Assembly: GCF_003918875.1 (NCBI RefSeq)
Contig: NW_025765103.1
Location: 1,426,001 to 1,490,000, forward strand
Direction: 5' to 3'
DNA: 64,000 nucleotides
Source: Haliotis rubra
Lineage: Eukaryota
Positions 61,450-64,000 of this stretch are shown here, in pieces. The notes under the pieces are model-generated. The model was not told the origin of the DNA and searched no databases. It saw only the letters and a list, made by a program, of their open reading frames with translations. A program made the position numbers and the translations under genes. Position 1 is the first letter of the stretch, and each line of letters starts with the position of its first letter.

Positions 61450-64000
61450 GACTGTGAGACCATGATTCTCTCACCTGATGGGAACTGTGAGACCATGATT
61501 CTCTCACCTGATGGGAACTGTGAGACTATGATTCTCTCACCTGATGGGAACTGTGAGACCATGATTCTCTCACCTGATGGGAACTGTGAGACCATGATTC
61601 TCTCACCTGATGGGAACTGTGAGACCATGATTCTCTCACCTGATGGGAACTGTGAGACCATGATTCTCTCACCTGATGGGAACTGTGAGACCATGATTCT
61701 CTCACCTGATGGGAACTGTGAGACCATGATTCTCTCACCTGATGGGAACTGTGAGACTATGATTCTCTCACCTGATGGGAACTGTGAGACCATGATTCTC
61801 TCACCTGATGGAACTGTGAGACTGTGATTCTCTCATGATGGGATTGTGAGACTATGATTCTCTCACCTGATGGGAACTGTGAGACCATGATTCTCTCACC
61901 TGATGGGAACTGTGAGACCATGATTCTCTCACCTGATGGGAACTGTGAGACCATGATTCTCTCACCTGATGGGAACTGTGAGACCATGATTCTCTCACCT
62001 GATGGGAACTGTGAGACCATGATTCTCTCACCTGATGGGAACTGTGAGACCATGATTCTCTCACCTGATGGGAACTGTGAGACCATGATTCTCTCACCTG
62101 ATGGGAACTGTGAGACCATGATTCTCTCACCTGATGGGAACTGTGAGACCATGATTCTCTCACCTGATGGGAACTGTGAGACCATGATTCTCTCACCTGA
62201 TGGGAACTGTGAGACTATGATTCTCTCACCTGATGGGAACTGTGAGACTATGATTCTCTCACCTGATGGGAACTGTGAGACTATGATTCTCTCACCTGAT
62301 GGGAACTGTGAGACCATGATTCTCTCACCTGATGGGAACTGTGAGACCATGATTCTCTCACCTGATGGGAACTGTGAGACCATGATTCTCTCACCTGATG
62401 GGAACTGTGACCATGATTCTCTCACCTGATGGGAACTGTGAGACCATGATTCTCTCACCTGATGGGAACTGTGAGACCATGATTCTCTCACCTGATGGGA
62501 ACTGTGAGACCATGATTCTCTCACCTGATGGGAACTGTGAGACTATGATTCTCTCACCTGATGGGAACTGTGAGACCATGATTCTCTCACCTGATGGGAA
62601 CTGTGAGACCATGATTCTCTCACCTGATGGGAGCTGTGAGACCATGATTCTCTCACCTGATGGGAACTGTGAGACCATGATTCTCTCACCTGATGGGAAC
62701 TGTGAGACTATGATTCTCTCACCTGATGGGAACTGTGAGACTATGATTCTCTCACCTGATGGGAACTGTGAGACTATGATTCTCTCACCTGATGGGAACT
62801 GTGAGACTATGATTCTCTCACCTGATGGGAACTGTGAGACCATGATTCTCTCACCTGATGGGAACTGTGAGACCATGATTCTCTCACCTGATGGGAACTG
62901 TGAGACTATGATTCTCTCACCTGATGGGAACTGTGAGACCATGATTCTCTGATGGGACTGTGGGACCATGATTCTCTCACCTGATGGGAACTGTGGGACC
63001 ATGATTCTCTCACCTGATGGGAACTGTGGGACCATGATTCTCTCACCTGATGGGAGCTGTGGGACCATGATTCTCTCACCTGATGGGAACTGTGAGACCA
63101 TGATTCTCTCACCTGATGGGAGCTGTGGGACTATGATTCTCACTCACCTGATTCTCTCACCTGATGGGAGCTGTGAGACCATGATTCTCTCACCTGATGG
63201 GAGCTGTGGGACCATGATTCTCTCACCTGATGGGAGCTGTGAGACCATGATTCTCTCACCTGATGGGAGCTGTGAGACCATGATTCTCTCACCTGATGGG
63301 AACTGTGAGACCATGACCATGATTCTCTCACCTGATGGGAACTGTGAGACCATGATTCTCTCACCTGATGGGAACTGTGAGACCATGATTCTCTCACCTG
63401 ATGGGAACTGTGAGACCATGATTCTCTCACCTGATGGGAACTGTGAGACTGTGAGACCATGATTCTCTCACCTGATGGGAACTGTGAGACCATGATTCTC
63501 TCACCTGATGGGAACTGTGAGACTATGATTCTCTCACCTGATGGGAACTGTGAGACTATGATTCTCTCACCTGATGGGAACTGTGAGACTATGATTCTCT
63601 CACCTGATGGGACTGTGACTATGATTCTCTCACCTGATGGGAACTGTGAGACTATGATTCTCTCACCTGATGGGAACTGTGAGACTATGATTCTCTCACC
63701 TGATGGGAACTGTGAGACTATGATTCTCTCACCTGATGGGAACTGTGAGACCATGATTCTCTCACCTGATGGGAACTGTGAGACCATGATTCTCTCACCT
63801 GATGGGAACTGTGGGACCATGATTCTCTCACCTGATGGGAGCTGTGAGACTATGATTCTCTCACCTGATGGGAGCTGTGGGACTATGATTCTCTCACCTG
63901 ATGGGAACTGTGGGACCATGATTCTCTCACCTGATGGGAACTGTGGGACCATGATTCTCTCACCTGATGGGAACTGTGGGACTATGATTCTCTCACCTGA
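61450..64000. repeat. 33 bp satellite (GAGACCATGATTCTCTCACCTGATGGGAACTGT), runs off the window
   Basis: About 75 near-identical copies. Confidence 0.98.

Overview
Repeat-rich eukaryotic (metazoan) genomic DNA. The SINE families resemble gastropod/abalone-type repeats, which is my recollection and not a database result. There are no prokaryotic systems and no CRISPR array. Roughly a quarter of the window is tandem repeat: about 15 distinct mini/satellite arrays with 17-95 bp units. Mobile DNA includes two Tc1 (DD34E) elements, a Harbinger transposase relic, RTEX-, RTE- and Tx1/L1-type LINE fragments, two SINE families and several MITEs, often nested. There is also a ~4.2 kb tandem duplication (possibly an assembly artefact) and a 207-N gap. 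Plausible host genes: a multi-exon type II membrane protein (minus, ATG 11979, running off the left edge); a single-exon 211-aa disordered protein with SILK + RVxF PP1-docking motifs; a single-exon 359-aa basic orphan protein; and a tandem di-ubiquitin-like protein lacking the C-terminal diglycine. The most unusual non-coding signal is a three-copy family of ~110 bp hairpins with shared termini and loop but stems that differ by compensatory substitutions. I cannot support a large novel multi-gene system from this sequence.
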